This document shows positions 1 through 8,800 of a stretch of 64,000 nt of DNA, piece by piece. Position 1 is the stretch's first letter. Each line of letters opens with the position of its first letter. The position numbers and the translations under genes were made by a program. The DNA is from an uncultured Candidatus Saccharibacteria bacterium (GTDB taxonomy: Bacteria > Patescibacteriota > Minisyncoccia > Phycocordibacterales > CAIZLB01). Location of the stretch: assembly GCA_964627085.1 (NCBI GenBank), contig CAZVIP010000002.1:85151-149150 (forward strand), given 5' to 3'. A model generated the notes under the pieces. The model had not been told where the DNA came from. It did not search any database and was given only the letters and a program-made list of their open reading frames with translations.

Positions 1-348
1 GGGTTGCTCACTACGCTTGAATCTTCTTGCGAGAGTATCAAATAAATCAAATCTGAAATGATGCAACATCGAGATTTCATCAATAATCAAAACTTTTGTG
101 TCCTGGTATCTTTTCCAAAGGTGCTGTTTTTCCTCTAGATTGTCGAGATCATATTCTGTGAGATTATCTTTGATCCCAAGACCACTCCATGAATGAATAG
201 TCACACCCCCGAGGTGCGTGGCCGCAATACCTGTTGAGGCAGTGATGGCAACATCGATATTATTGTCACGCAGATAATTGATATAGGCTCGCAGGGTGTG
301 TGTCTTTCCACTTCCTGCAGCACCTGTCAAGAAGACATTATGTCCCAT
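1..348 (-). CDS. PIF1/RecD-family ATP-dependent DNA helicase, N-terminal part (gene continues beyond the window start)
   Basis: The reverse-strand translation starts MGHNVFLTGAAGSGKTHTLRAYINYLRDNNIDVAITASTGIAATHLGG..VLIIDEISML. This gives a Walker A motif (GSGKT) and a helicase motif Ia typical of the PIF1/RecD superfamily 1 helicases. The ATG is at 346-348. Confidence 0.6.
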   Translation of the reverse strand, partial: MGHNVFLTGAAGSGKTHTLRAYINYLRDNNIDVAITASTGIAATHLGGVTIHSWSGLGIKDNLTEYDLDNLEEKQHLWKRYQDTKVLIIDEISMLHHFRFDLFDTLARRFKRSEQP

Positions 349-398
349 TTTGAGTATATCGAGCGCTTGAGTCTGTAACATGTGCTCAAAGTATAACA

Positions 399-442
399 AA
401 AAACTATCTCATATTGACTGTTGCCAATATGAGATAGTTTTT
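399..442. repeat. Perfect 18 bp inverted repeat (aaaaactatctcatattg / caatatgagatagttttt) with an 8 nt spacer. It would form a hairpin flanked by an A-tract and a T-tract, so it may be a bidirectional terminator or an operator.
   Basis: Read directly from the sequence: the arms at 399-416 and 425-442 are exact reverse complements. Confidence 0.7.
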
Positions 443-697
443 GTGTACTGTTGCCGGACTATGTCCTGACAATAGACCGGGAAACGACCAGAATTATTTC
501 TTTGCTTTCTTTGATGGTTTTTTAACTTCTTTTCTTGAATTTTTTCCTTTTGCCATAAATGTAAATATTTTTATTAATAATTGATAGATATATTATAGTA
601 CAGAATTTCACGAGCTACTGAATTTGATCAATATTGTTGCAAGGCCAACCCATGGAGCACTACAATTATAAGTGCGTAATGACTAAATCCTTGGGTG

Positions 698-1090
698 CTA
701 TTTTTGTCCTACTGGTAGTGACTGGCACGCAATGCCGTTTTTGTCACCGTCGAGTCTATTTGTATCCTTACTTACCCCGCCCGCTTTATCAAAAAACTTC
801 TGAGCTTCTGGCTGTGTCTTGAAATCGTCACAGTTATATTCATCTGTATATTTAGCACCTACAGCACCTTCTGGTACAACATTGCCTTCTTTGTCTCGCA
901 AGACTCTTGATGCAGCAACACCTTCTCCGCTGATAATTTTACCAAGATCCCAGTCATTATTTGATGTCTCGAGTCCGAGCGCACCGAGCAAGATGACAAG
1001 AATACCGATAAAAACACCCTTATACTTTTTCTTTGCACTATCACTTGCATTCGCAAGTGCGCCCAATTTTGGAATTTTTGGAATATTCAT
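698..1090 (-). CDS. Secreted or membrane-anchored Excalibur calcium-binding domain protein
   Basis: There is an N-terminal hydrophobic segment. The C-terminal NCDDFKTQPEAQKFFDKAGG...DGDKNGIACQSLP matches the Excalibur DxDxDGxxCE calcium-binding motif. Confidence 0.55.
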   Translation of the reverse strand: MNIPKIPKLGALANASDSAKKKYKGVFIGILVILLGALGLETSNNDWDLGKIISGEGVAASRVLRDKEGNVVPEGAVGAKYTDEYNCDDFKTQPEAQKFFDKAGGVSKDTNRLDGDKNGIACQSLPVGQK

Positions 1091-1282
1091 TTTTTATAAT
1101 TTATGTAATTTATTTACAATTAATTTTAATTTAATTACCAAGCAGAATATAGTAAATACCCTGCGATAATAATTAATACAATAATGACAATTATTCTTGT
1201 TTTCTTATTATTTAACATACATAAATTATACCAGAGATTACATGGCGAAATTGCTTTTCAAATATTTCCCATCTTTTAACTA

Positions 1283-2536
1283 TTAAGCGCGATTGAGTCT
1301 CTTTGATGCATACATGAATACGAACAAGAGTACGTACAAGATAATTGTACCGAGGAGTAGACTGATAGAATTGAGCTGAACAATCATATATAAGAGTGCG
1401 TATAGTGCAAGAAGTACAATACCGAATACCTTCCCTGCTTTTTTAGAATTAAAGATTTCTGATGCATACCAACTATTGAGCACTGCTGTGAGTACGGCAC
1501 CGATAATATAAGCAGACAAATATCCGATTTCTTCACCAAGCGCGAGTACGAGTAGATAAAATAGGGCCAAAGAGATACCCACCAAGAAATACTGTATTGT
1601 ATTCACAGTCAAACCCTTCTTGAGATCAATAAACAATGTGAGAGAGAAAACTAATACAATAAATAGAATTGCGTACTTGAGGATTCTGTCTACGAGTGTG
1701 ATGTCATCTGCACCAGACAAGAACACAACACCTGTATCATATTCATAATTTTGAATATCCATACTCACAACATTGTCTTTCTTTGAGAAAGTACTGTTCG
1801 CTGAATTGAGCAGACGAATATTGTTTGTCTTTGTTGAAATAGTAACACTCTTATTGTCTGGAACACCTGGTACTCCTGAATAATTTTTAGAAATCTTGTT
1901 TATACCAGTAAATGAATATGCAAGACTAATTGTTGATGTTGGCTTGATATTTTTTACAAAGCTCGCAGGGAGAGTGATTTTGTCTCTTGCAATAGTAGTT
2001 GTGGCAAATGACTTCATTTCATTTCCATCTATGTTAACGACAACTGTTTTGAGGTCTACACCAGCGGGAAGTGCAAGGCTGATAGATCCATTAGATTTAA
2101 TTGAGCCAGCAATTTCAGCTCCGCCGACCGCATCAAAACTACCGCGCAATACCGCCGAACCAGTAAATACTGGGATATTCTGCTTGCCGAGTTTTTTGAA
2201 AGTAATATCTTTTATTTCAATATCTGTATTACTGAACAAATCATATCCTGAATTGTTTGTGACTGGCGCAGGCTGTGCTTGACCCGTTACACCATTTGAA
2301 ACAGTTTGAATGTCTAGGTATGCAAATTCGACTATGTTTGTTAGTGAAAATTCATTGAGACCTTTAATATTTGAGACCGCCATTTCATTTCGCGAAATCC
2401 TATCGCTCACTATCCCCTGGACAAAGAGTGATGCAATAAAACAAACCGCGATAATAATACCAATTCGAAAGGCGTGAGTTCCGATCTTTTTCTCAGAATT
2501 CTCGCCGTACTTTGGGAAATTGAAGAAGTTTTTCAT
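1283..2536 (-). CDS. CreD-family inner membrane protein
   Basis: The protein is 417 aa with an N-terminal TM, a periplasmic middle region and C-terminal TM helices. The C-terminal block RILKYAILFIVLVFSLTLFIDL...IQYFLVGISLALFYLLVLALGEEIGY closely resembles the conserved CreD C-terminus (ATKYAILLIALTF...MQYLLVGLSLVMFYLLLLALSEH). Confidence 0.5.
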   Translation of the reverse strand: MKNFFNFPKYGENSEKKIGTHAFRIGIIIAVCFIASLFVQGIVSDRISRNEMAVSNIKGLNEFSLTNIVEFAYLDIQTVSNGVTGQAQPAPVTNNSGYDLFSNTDIEIKDITFKKLGKQNIPVFTGSAVLRGSFDAVGGAEIAGSIKSNGSISLALPAGVDLKTVVVNIDGNEMKSFATTTIARDKITLPASFVKNIKPTSTISLAYSFTGINKISKNYSGVPGVPDNKSVTISTKTNNIRLLNSANSTFSKKDNVVSMDIQNYEYDTGVVFLSGADDITLVDRILKYAILFIVLVFSLTLFIDLKKGLTVNTIQYFLVGISLALFYLLVLALGEEIGYLSAYIIGAVLTAVLNSWYASEIFNSKKAGKVFGIVLLALYALLYMIVQLNSISLLLGTIILYVLLFVFMYASKRLNRA

Positions 2537-2610
2537 ATATATGTTGTTTATGTGAACACTATACTAGAGTCACCGGAGACTGACAATATGACCAGTTTTA
2601 AGTATAGGTA

Positions 2611-2639
2611 TTTGACATTGTCCTGTTGTCGCGCTTTAA
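2611..2639 (+). promoter_or_regulatory. sigma70-like promoter: TTGACA (2611-2616), 17 bp spacer, TTTAAT (2634-2639)
   Basis: A consensus -35 hexamer with the ideal 17 bp spacing to a near-consensus -10. No annotated protein gene lies downstream on the + strand. Confidence 0.45.
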
Positions 2640-2646
2640 TTTGAAC

Positions 2647-3053
2647 AGGTTCTTTCGCAAAACTTGCATTGGGCCAATTCACCAAAATCCAACAAATAGA
2701 ATACAAGACCAAATGAAAACGCCAAATGGTTTTTTCACCCCGCATACAGCAGTGTCAACGTTTGCAGCAAAACCCTTGCATACATGGCAATGGGAAGTTA
2801 CCTTGCATGGCCCTGGAAGCAGAGTGCTCGGTAGTTTCCTCACTGAGATACCCCGAGAATCAATCGACCCTCAAGACTTTGTGGGTCACACACATTCCAG
2901 GTCACGCATTGAGTCCATCCAGATTGCCAAGCCTCGGGAACATCAAACAGATGAAACTGCCGTGGCAGAAGCACAACCTGCTGCGGCCTAGCCCTCACAA
3001 CAAGCACCTTTTTAAAGGCCGTCTGCAAATCCTGCAGACGGCCGCTTTTTTAT
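2647..3053 (+). ncRNA. Candidate ~400 nt transcript of unknown class. It is GC-rich relative to its flanks and is bracketed by the promoter at 2611-2639 and a strong intrinsic terminator. It could be a structured ncRNA or a small-protein gene.
   Basis: GC content is clearly higher than in neighbouring genes. The long + strand ORFs inside it (2626-2991 from TTG, and 2726-3175 which reads through the terminator) have no RBS and unnatural composition. The 3' end lacks a tmRNA-like T-arm/CCA. No SRP motif was found. Confidence 0.3.
3016..3053 (+). terminator. Rho-independent terminator: ggccgtctgca-aatcc-tgcagacggcc followed by gcttttttatt
   Basis: An 11 bp perfect GC-rich stem with a 5 nt loop, followed by a T6 run. 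Confidence 0.7.
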
Positions 3054-3132
3054 TCTCTAACCCGGTCGGTTATTATCATTTTTTTATATTCAGGCACGAG
3101 TCCTTGCTATCACCTTTTCGCGACAAGTTTAA

Positions 3133-3423
3133 CTACATTAAATTTAGATACGATCTTGCATTGGTGACGTTTTGAAAACCTAAAGAATTGAAAATTTCAA
3201 CGGCCACCATACTTCTACCTCCACTAGCGCAGAATATTATATATTCGACTTTTGTATCTTTTTCTTCATCTGATGAAATTGATACTAATTTTAAAATCTC
3301 ACCTTCTATTTGCTCTTTACTTTGCATTCCCATCAAAAGTTGAAGCGGGATATTTATTGCACCCTGAACACTACCGTTCTCAAATTCATCTACCCCACGT
3401 ACATCAATATAGACTTTTTTCAT
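3133..3423 (-). CDS. Single-domain rhodanese (sulfurtransferase)
   Basis: The protein is 96 aa and has a CASGGRS active-site cysteine loop, which is the rhodanese signature. Confidence 0.75.
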   Translation of the reverse strand: MKKVYIDVRGVDEFENGSVQGAINIPLQLLMGMQSKEQIEGEILKLVSISSDEEKDTKVEYIIFCASGGRSMVAVEIFNSLGFQNVTNARSYLNLM

Positions 3424-3667
3424 GTTTTTATATTAACAGAATTTTTTAGATTTGAAATGTTTTTTTAATTGACTGGTCTGCGGTTGTTTTGATTACTGCG
3501 CGGGATTTGGGTAAACTTGACACAATGGGCATATATATTGTATTGTATTTTCAGATAGGTTCGTTCACATCTATTCAGTCGACTGAAAAGCAATTCGCAT
3601 ACGCTTATGCGGAAAGTGGTCCCCGTACCCTTTTGACTCTCAAACCGAACAAAGAAAGAAAAAAACC

Positions 3668-4594
3668 ATGAAAGACCCACAGGTCAAAAACCTCCCAGCA
3701 GTGCCATACACTAGTCGCCAATTAGAAATCGAAGAAGGAAAACTCATGATCTCAGACAAGGTCCCCATGATGCTACTAAGACTCCTCAATGAATACACCT
3801 CTGACGAAGAGGCTAATAAATTGAGGGGTCGCATCAACACTGCATGGCTCACCTTCTTGCCACTAGCATTAGCTAGGGCACTATTCATATTCGTGTCACC
3901 ATTACTAAAGCTGTTCACCATTATTTATCTCTTCGCTCAAATCCTTTACTTTGGAATGAAGGCGTGGTTGAAAAATACATGGCACAAGAACGGCAAACAT
4001 GGATCCGAGTTCAACGAACTCAATGCACAACTGGCGTATCAACGGGTATGCAAACTCCGGCCTCGCTTTAGCAAGTATTGCCGAGAAAACTACCCATGGG
4101 TGTTGAAAGCTGAGTATGCTGAAACCGTCACAGGACCTCAAGATGAGGCCCTGGTTTTTGCAAAAGAGTTCAACTTGGACACTAACGCAATTGTAACCCC
4201 AATTGAGCTGGCGGAACTCTGCCACGTAGCAATTGTGGCACAGTGTAGAGCCCAACGTGCAGTAAGGGATTACAAAGCATTATCAGCTGCGGCAGAAGCC
4301 AAAGCCAAAAATATGTGCGAAAAGTTACTTGATACTGACCTTGGATTTAAAGGTGCTAGCTACGCACGCTGGTATGATAAGAGTCAATGGAGAGACCACA
4401 GGGCCGCTCACTTGCACATCTTCTTCCTTCGAGCAGATGACAAGCCGATGCCGTGGATACGAGCTGAAGTTGAAGAACTGGCGTCAAACGTGTCAGTTCC
4501 AGCAACCCTACCAGCTCAGCCGGTAGTGGAAACAGCATCAGCACCAACTGAACCAACCAAGGGACCAGTCGAAGTGGTCACCACCACCTCGTAA
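3668..4594 (+). CDS. Hypothetical protein with two predicted TM helices; GC-rich relative to the surrounding genome
   Basis: A 308 aa ORF with no recognisable conserved motif. Its codon composition is GC-rich (~45%+) against ~35% flanks. A bidirectional terminator follows it. Confidence 0.5.
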   Translation: MKDPQVKNLPAVPYTSRQLEIEEGKLMISDKVPMMLLRLLNEYTSDEEANKLRGRINTAWLTFLPLALARALFIFVSPLLKLFTIIYLFAQILYFGMKAWLKNTWHKNGKHGSEFNELNAQLAYQRVCKLRPRFSKYCRENYPWVLKAEYAETVTGPQDEALVFAKEFNLDTNAIVTPIELAELCHVAIVAQCRAQRAVRDYKALSAAAEAKAKNMCEKLLDTDLGFKGASYARWYDKSQWRDHRAAHLHIFFLRADDKPMPWIRAEVEELASNVSVPATLPAQPVVETASAPTEPTKGPVEVVTTTS

Positions 4595-4615
4595 ACTGAA
4601 ACCCTCAAACATTCG

Positions 4616-4650
4616 CAGGCCCGTCGCAATTTCGCGACGGGCCTTTCCAA
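4616..4650. terminator. Intrinsic terminator hairpin between convergent genes (ggcccgtcgc-aatttc-gcgacgggcc, then tttcc)
   Basis: A 10 bp GC-rich perfect stem located between the gene ending at 4594 (+) and the gene ending at 4660 (-). Confidence 0.6.
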
Positions 4651-4659
4651 TTCCCTCTT

Positions 4660-5304
4660 TTATATACGATGCTCTTTCTTTAGATAATCAAAACGTATCG
4701 TTGCAAGTACAGCAGTAAGTATGAGCATAAATGTGACATATTCAGGAATATGTAGATGGAAAAAAGCGGACATCAAAATAGACAGACCAATATACGCAAT
4801 GATTCCATATGCAGTCCGCGTCAATGTTGGGAACCTGCCAAGTAGTACGAGCATAAGTGGAGTGACAAACATCATGGTAATGATACCAATAGCAACACCA
4901 AAGACCACATAAGAAAACTGACTTGAAATACCTACGGCACCAACCACATTGTCGATACTGAATACAAGATCAGCAATTGCAATCTGACCAATTACTTTTC
5001 CAAAATGAGGATGGCGACGGAGCTCTTTTTGCTCATCACTTGAACGGAAAAAATGTGAGTATGCAAGATAACATAAATACAAACCTCCCAAGATTTTAAT
5101 AATTGGATTTTGAATAATAAGAGTCGCAAGAAAAAGACATACAAAACGAAATAGCGCACCAAGACAGATACCAATGTAAATTGCTTTCTTTTGTAATCTT
5201 GGTGGTAAGTCCTCAGCGAGCGATGCATTGACCAATGCGTTGTCGACACTGAGCATAAGCTCAAGAATGGTGATACTAAATATTGTTGAAATGACTGTGA
5301 GCAT
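4660..5304 (-). CDS. TerC-family integral membrane protein
   Basis: The duplicated motifs ELMLSVDNALV and FSIDNVVGA are characteristic of TerC/YkoY/Alx-type proteins. The protein has multiple TM helices. Confidence 0.65.
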   Translation of the reverse strand: MLTVISTIFSITILELMLSVDNALVNASLAEDLPPRLQKKAIYIGICLGALFRFVCLFLATLIIQNPIIKILGGLYLCYLAYSHFFRSSDEQKELRRHPHFGKVIGQIAIADLVFSIDNVVGAVGISSQFSYVVFGVAIGIITMMFVTPLMLVLLGRFPTLTRTAYGIIAYIGLSILMSAFFHLHIPEYVTFMLILTAVLATIRFDYLKKEHRI

Positions 5305-5332
5305 ACGGCTTTAATTTAATACTGCATGCGAT

Positions 5333-5878
5333 TTAATACCGTATACCGAGTATATTCAAAATGATTGGAGCAATTGGATCTGCGCCGATTCCATGTACCG
5401 TAACACCACCGAGAACACCTGTGACTGTGACAAGAACAAGGCCTACGAGTGCTAGTATTTTTGAGAAGACACCATCATGGAAAACAATTTTGAAGAAAGA
5501 GAGAATCTTTGAGAGTGTGCGCTTTGATCCTGATGCAGACGCACCATTAGATATATACCCCGTGAATTTGTCATTTGACAATAAGAATGCTGACAATTCC
5601 CCGAGTAAGAGTGCAACATACAACCAAGTGGCAGTAGTAGCAAAAGTTGAATGTGCTTCAACAATAGGATGATTTGGTTTTATTAAATGTTCTGCAATTT
5701 CACCTGTATAGAGCGCAACCATAGCACCGAGAGATCCAGCCAAAAGTGATATTCGCCTCACATCCACCCATGCAATTTGTGGCACCCATTTCTGGAATGG
5801 AATAATTTTAATCAAAGAATACATCAAAAGAAGTGCAATTGGGAAATGAACAAATAGTGGATGAAGATTATATGACAT
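5333..5878 (-). CDS. DUF2231-like membrane protein
   Basis: The N-terminus MSYNLHPLFVHFPIALLL and a 4-5 TM topology resemble DUF2231. The gene lies 28 bp upstream of the TerC gene, so the two are probably co-transcribed. Confidence 0.45.
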   Translation of the reverse strand: MSYNLHPLFVHFPIALLLMYSLIKIIPFQKWVPQIAWVDVRRISLLAGSLGAMVALYTGEIAEHLIKPNHPIVEAHSTFATTATWLYVALLLGELSAFLLSNDKFTGYISNGASASGSKRTLSKILSFFKIVFHDGVFSKILALVGLVLVTVTGVLGGVTVHGIGADPIAPIILNILGIRY

Positions 5879-5898
5879 ATCTTTGAGTATATCAGATT

Positions 5899-8800
5899 TT
5901 AGAGACCAGCATTAAACGCAGACCTTGTCTTGACTCCAAAATATCCCACAGCAGGGCTAATTTTATGAGCCTTTTGATATCTAATGATTGCCTGTCTTGT
6001 GGCGAGTCCGAATTTTGTGGTCTCTTTTCCGAGAGATCCCACTCCATAATTTGCAACAGGAAAACCATGAGTGTTGAGATATCTCTGTATTAGCTTAACA
6101 TCAGCGCCTGTCATCCAAAGACGGCGATTGATTGTAAATACATATAAATTATTTTGAGGCAAAGAGCCCTGTCCATTACCAATACCATTTCCTATCCCCG
6201 ATGTACTACTTGCATTATTTGTGAGTGAACTTTGACTAGAGCTTGCGGTACTTGAAGCATTGTTTTGTCCAATACCATAGATTATATACACCCCACCACC
6301 TGTACCAGATGAACCAGACGCCGGCGCTGACCCACTTGATGAACCACCTGTTGACCCACCTGAAGTTGGCACAGATGTTGCTGAGGTTGTAAATGTTTGA
6401 TCAGACGAGGTCGCAACATTACCTACTGCATCTGTTGAGATGACACGATAATGATATACAGATGACTGCGCGAGTGAACTAAGTGAAATTGAATGATTCG
6501 TATTTAGTGAACCGATTGATGACTGACTTCCATACGATGTAGTTAGGCCATATTCGACACTTGATGTCGCGCTTTCATTTGTTGTCCAAGAGATAGTTGC
6601 AGCAACATCTGTGACACCTGAGATAGTAATATTTGAAATAACAGGCGGAGTTATATCCGGTGCAATTGTTGTGGTAAATGTTGCATCTGCAGAGCTTGTT
6701 GAGTTCGATCCTGCATCCACTCCATTAATTTTAAAGTGATACAAAGTATTTTGGGTTAACCCTGTGATTGTCGCAATGTATGTTGTCGAACCTGTTGCCC
6801 CGATTGAACTGCCATAAGAAGTGGTAAGACCGTACTCAACGTCATATGTGGCACTCTCACTAGATGTCCAAGTAATCGTTGCTGTGGTCGGGGTTGTTGT
6901 TGCCGAGACCAATGTGATAGTAGGCGGAAGATCAGGTACATAACAAACAGATACGTTCCCTGTTACAGTACCAGAATTTGACGCAGTCGGTGCAAAACAA
7001 GCATCACCATCGATGGCGCCGTTATTATACGAAGTATCATAGAACTCTGAATTTCTATATAAAGTGCCCCCGTTATTGAATGCATTCCCACTAAATACAT
7101 ATTTAGTTATCGCAGCACTGTCAGACCCCAAAACCTCACCAACCACCGAACCAGACCATGCCTGATTATTAATATTGAACACACCACCCACTGGTTTTGT
7201 TGAATCTATTGCATCATAAAAATCTGTATTGAAGGTTGTTGTACCATTTACAGTTCCGCCATTTATGTATGTGGAATCATTGAAAATTACACCCTGAGAC
7301 ACAGACATGGTAACCAAGTATCCGAGGTTGGATGAACCGTTAAATGTTGCACTTCTAATTGAAATAGGTCCACCTGAATTAGCCTCAATAGCCGAAGTAA
7401 CAACAATATCATCATCAACACCAGGAACCGTTTCAGCCGGAATTGTTAAAATATCATTTAACCACCAGTTGCCTAAAGTGTGCCATTCACCATCCACAGA
7501 ATTGTGAAAGTAATTTCCACAAACAGACATTGTCCCTGATACAGTACCGTTATTTACAGCAGTTGGAGCGAAACAGGCATTACCATATATTATTAAACCA
7601 CTCTGAGCAGTGCCAGTAAATCGTGCAAAGTCTGAAACCGTAATTTCGAAACCCGATACTGATCCATTTGCGACATGTAGCGACTTTGCACTTGCTTGTG
7701 ATCCTCCGTTGTTTTGAATAATAGTCTCACCTACACCTACATATACATCATATTCACTTGTAGGAATAATACCTGCGGGGATGGTATAAGCAGAATCAGT
7801 AAACCAGTTTGTGAGGTCATGCCAATAACCATTATTCGCAGCATTGTGAAAATAAAGCTTGGTCGGACACACCGTCGTCGAACCTGAAACAGTTCCATAG
7901 TTTGTAGCTGTCGAAGCAAAACACGCATCCCCTGTGATCACACCCTGACCTTGATTCGTACTGATATCAAGAAACCGTGCATTACCTGTTAGCGACGCTG
8001 CGTTTGTACTTGAATCCCGGAAGACGTAATCCTCAACGATAGTACGGGCAATCATACCTGAACCTGGTACATATACGTCACCATTATATACACCGCTTAG
8101 CCAGCGACTACCAGATACAGTAAGTGTGCCATCTACTGGATAGATATCATTTGTCTCATCATAATAATTTGTATTAAAAAGCGTATCGCCGTTTATAGTA
8201 CCAGTGTTGTAACTAGTGTCATTAAAAGTCACCTCAGCTGTTATTGACCCAGAATCAAAGTGCGAGTTATCGTTAAATATTACCGTGTTTGCACTAATAT
8301 CACTCTGAGCATGACTATTATCATTAAAGACATACTGAGTAATTTGTGCCATGTCAGAACCATACACATTTCCACTGACGATCCCAGACCATATACCTTC
8401 ACCATTTATAGTCAAAATACCACCGGTTGGAGTTGAGCTACCATTTAGATAGTACTCTGTATTCAAATACATATCGCCATTTATATTTCCAAAATTATGT
8501 GAAAAATCATTGAAGGTAGCATTACCTATCACAGTCCCCTCATTTGTACTTCCTAAATTAAAAGTAGCATTACCGTTAACTGTATGTGAGTTTCGGAGTG
8601 GATTACCATTGAAAACCGCATCACCATCAATGTCAATGTCCGGTTCTGTTGGACCATTAAATACATACGAAGTTACTTGCGCATTATTTGAATCGTATAC
8701 AGTGCCATTTATTTCTGTTGACCAAATAGCACCTGTTGACATAGTGAACACACCAGACGTTGGTACACTTGAACCGATTTGGTCATATGCAGTTGTATTA

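Noticed and set aside
819-1169. A 116 aa + strand ORF, and the minus ORF 859-1056, overlapping the Excalibur-domain gene.
   Set aside because: These are opposite-strand or alternate-frame ORFs. The Excalibur frame has a clear signal/TM segment plus a calcium-binding motif, and these do not.
2940-2991. A tmRNA-like tag reading frame ending ...DETAVAEAQPAAA followed by a stop on the + strand.
   Set aside because: Only ~25 nt separate the stop codon from the terminator. There are no downstream pseudoknots, no T-arm (GGUUCGAAUCC) and no CCA end, and no GGGG acceptor start, so the tmRNA architecture is absent.
2626-3175. Long + strand ORFs (2626-2991 starting at TTG, and 2726-3175) and the minus ORF 2840-3028 in the GC-rich segment, considered as protein-coding genes.
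   Set aside because: They have no RBS and their composition is unnatural (His/Thr/Pro/Gln-rich with no hydrophobic core pattern). One reads through a strong terminator. Open frames of this length are expected more often in GC-rich non-coding sequence. The segment is kept only as a candidate ncRNA or small gene.
3509-3537. A possible promoter (TTGACA at 3509-3514) and a CGCATA-cgct-TATGCG palindrome (3596-3610) upstream of the GC-rich ORF at 3668.
   Set aside because: The -10 spacing is poor (11 or 17 bp to weak hexamers) and the palindrome is only 6 bp. This is too weak to annotate as a feature.
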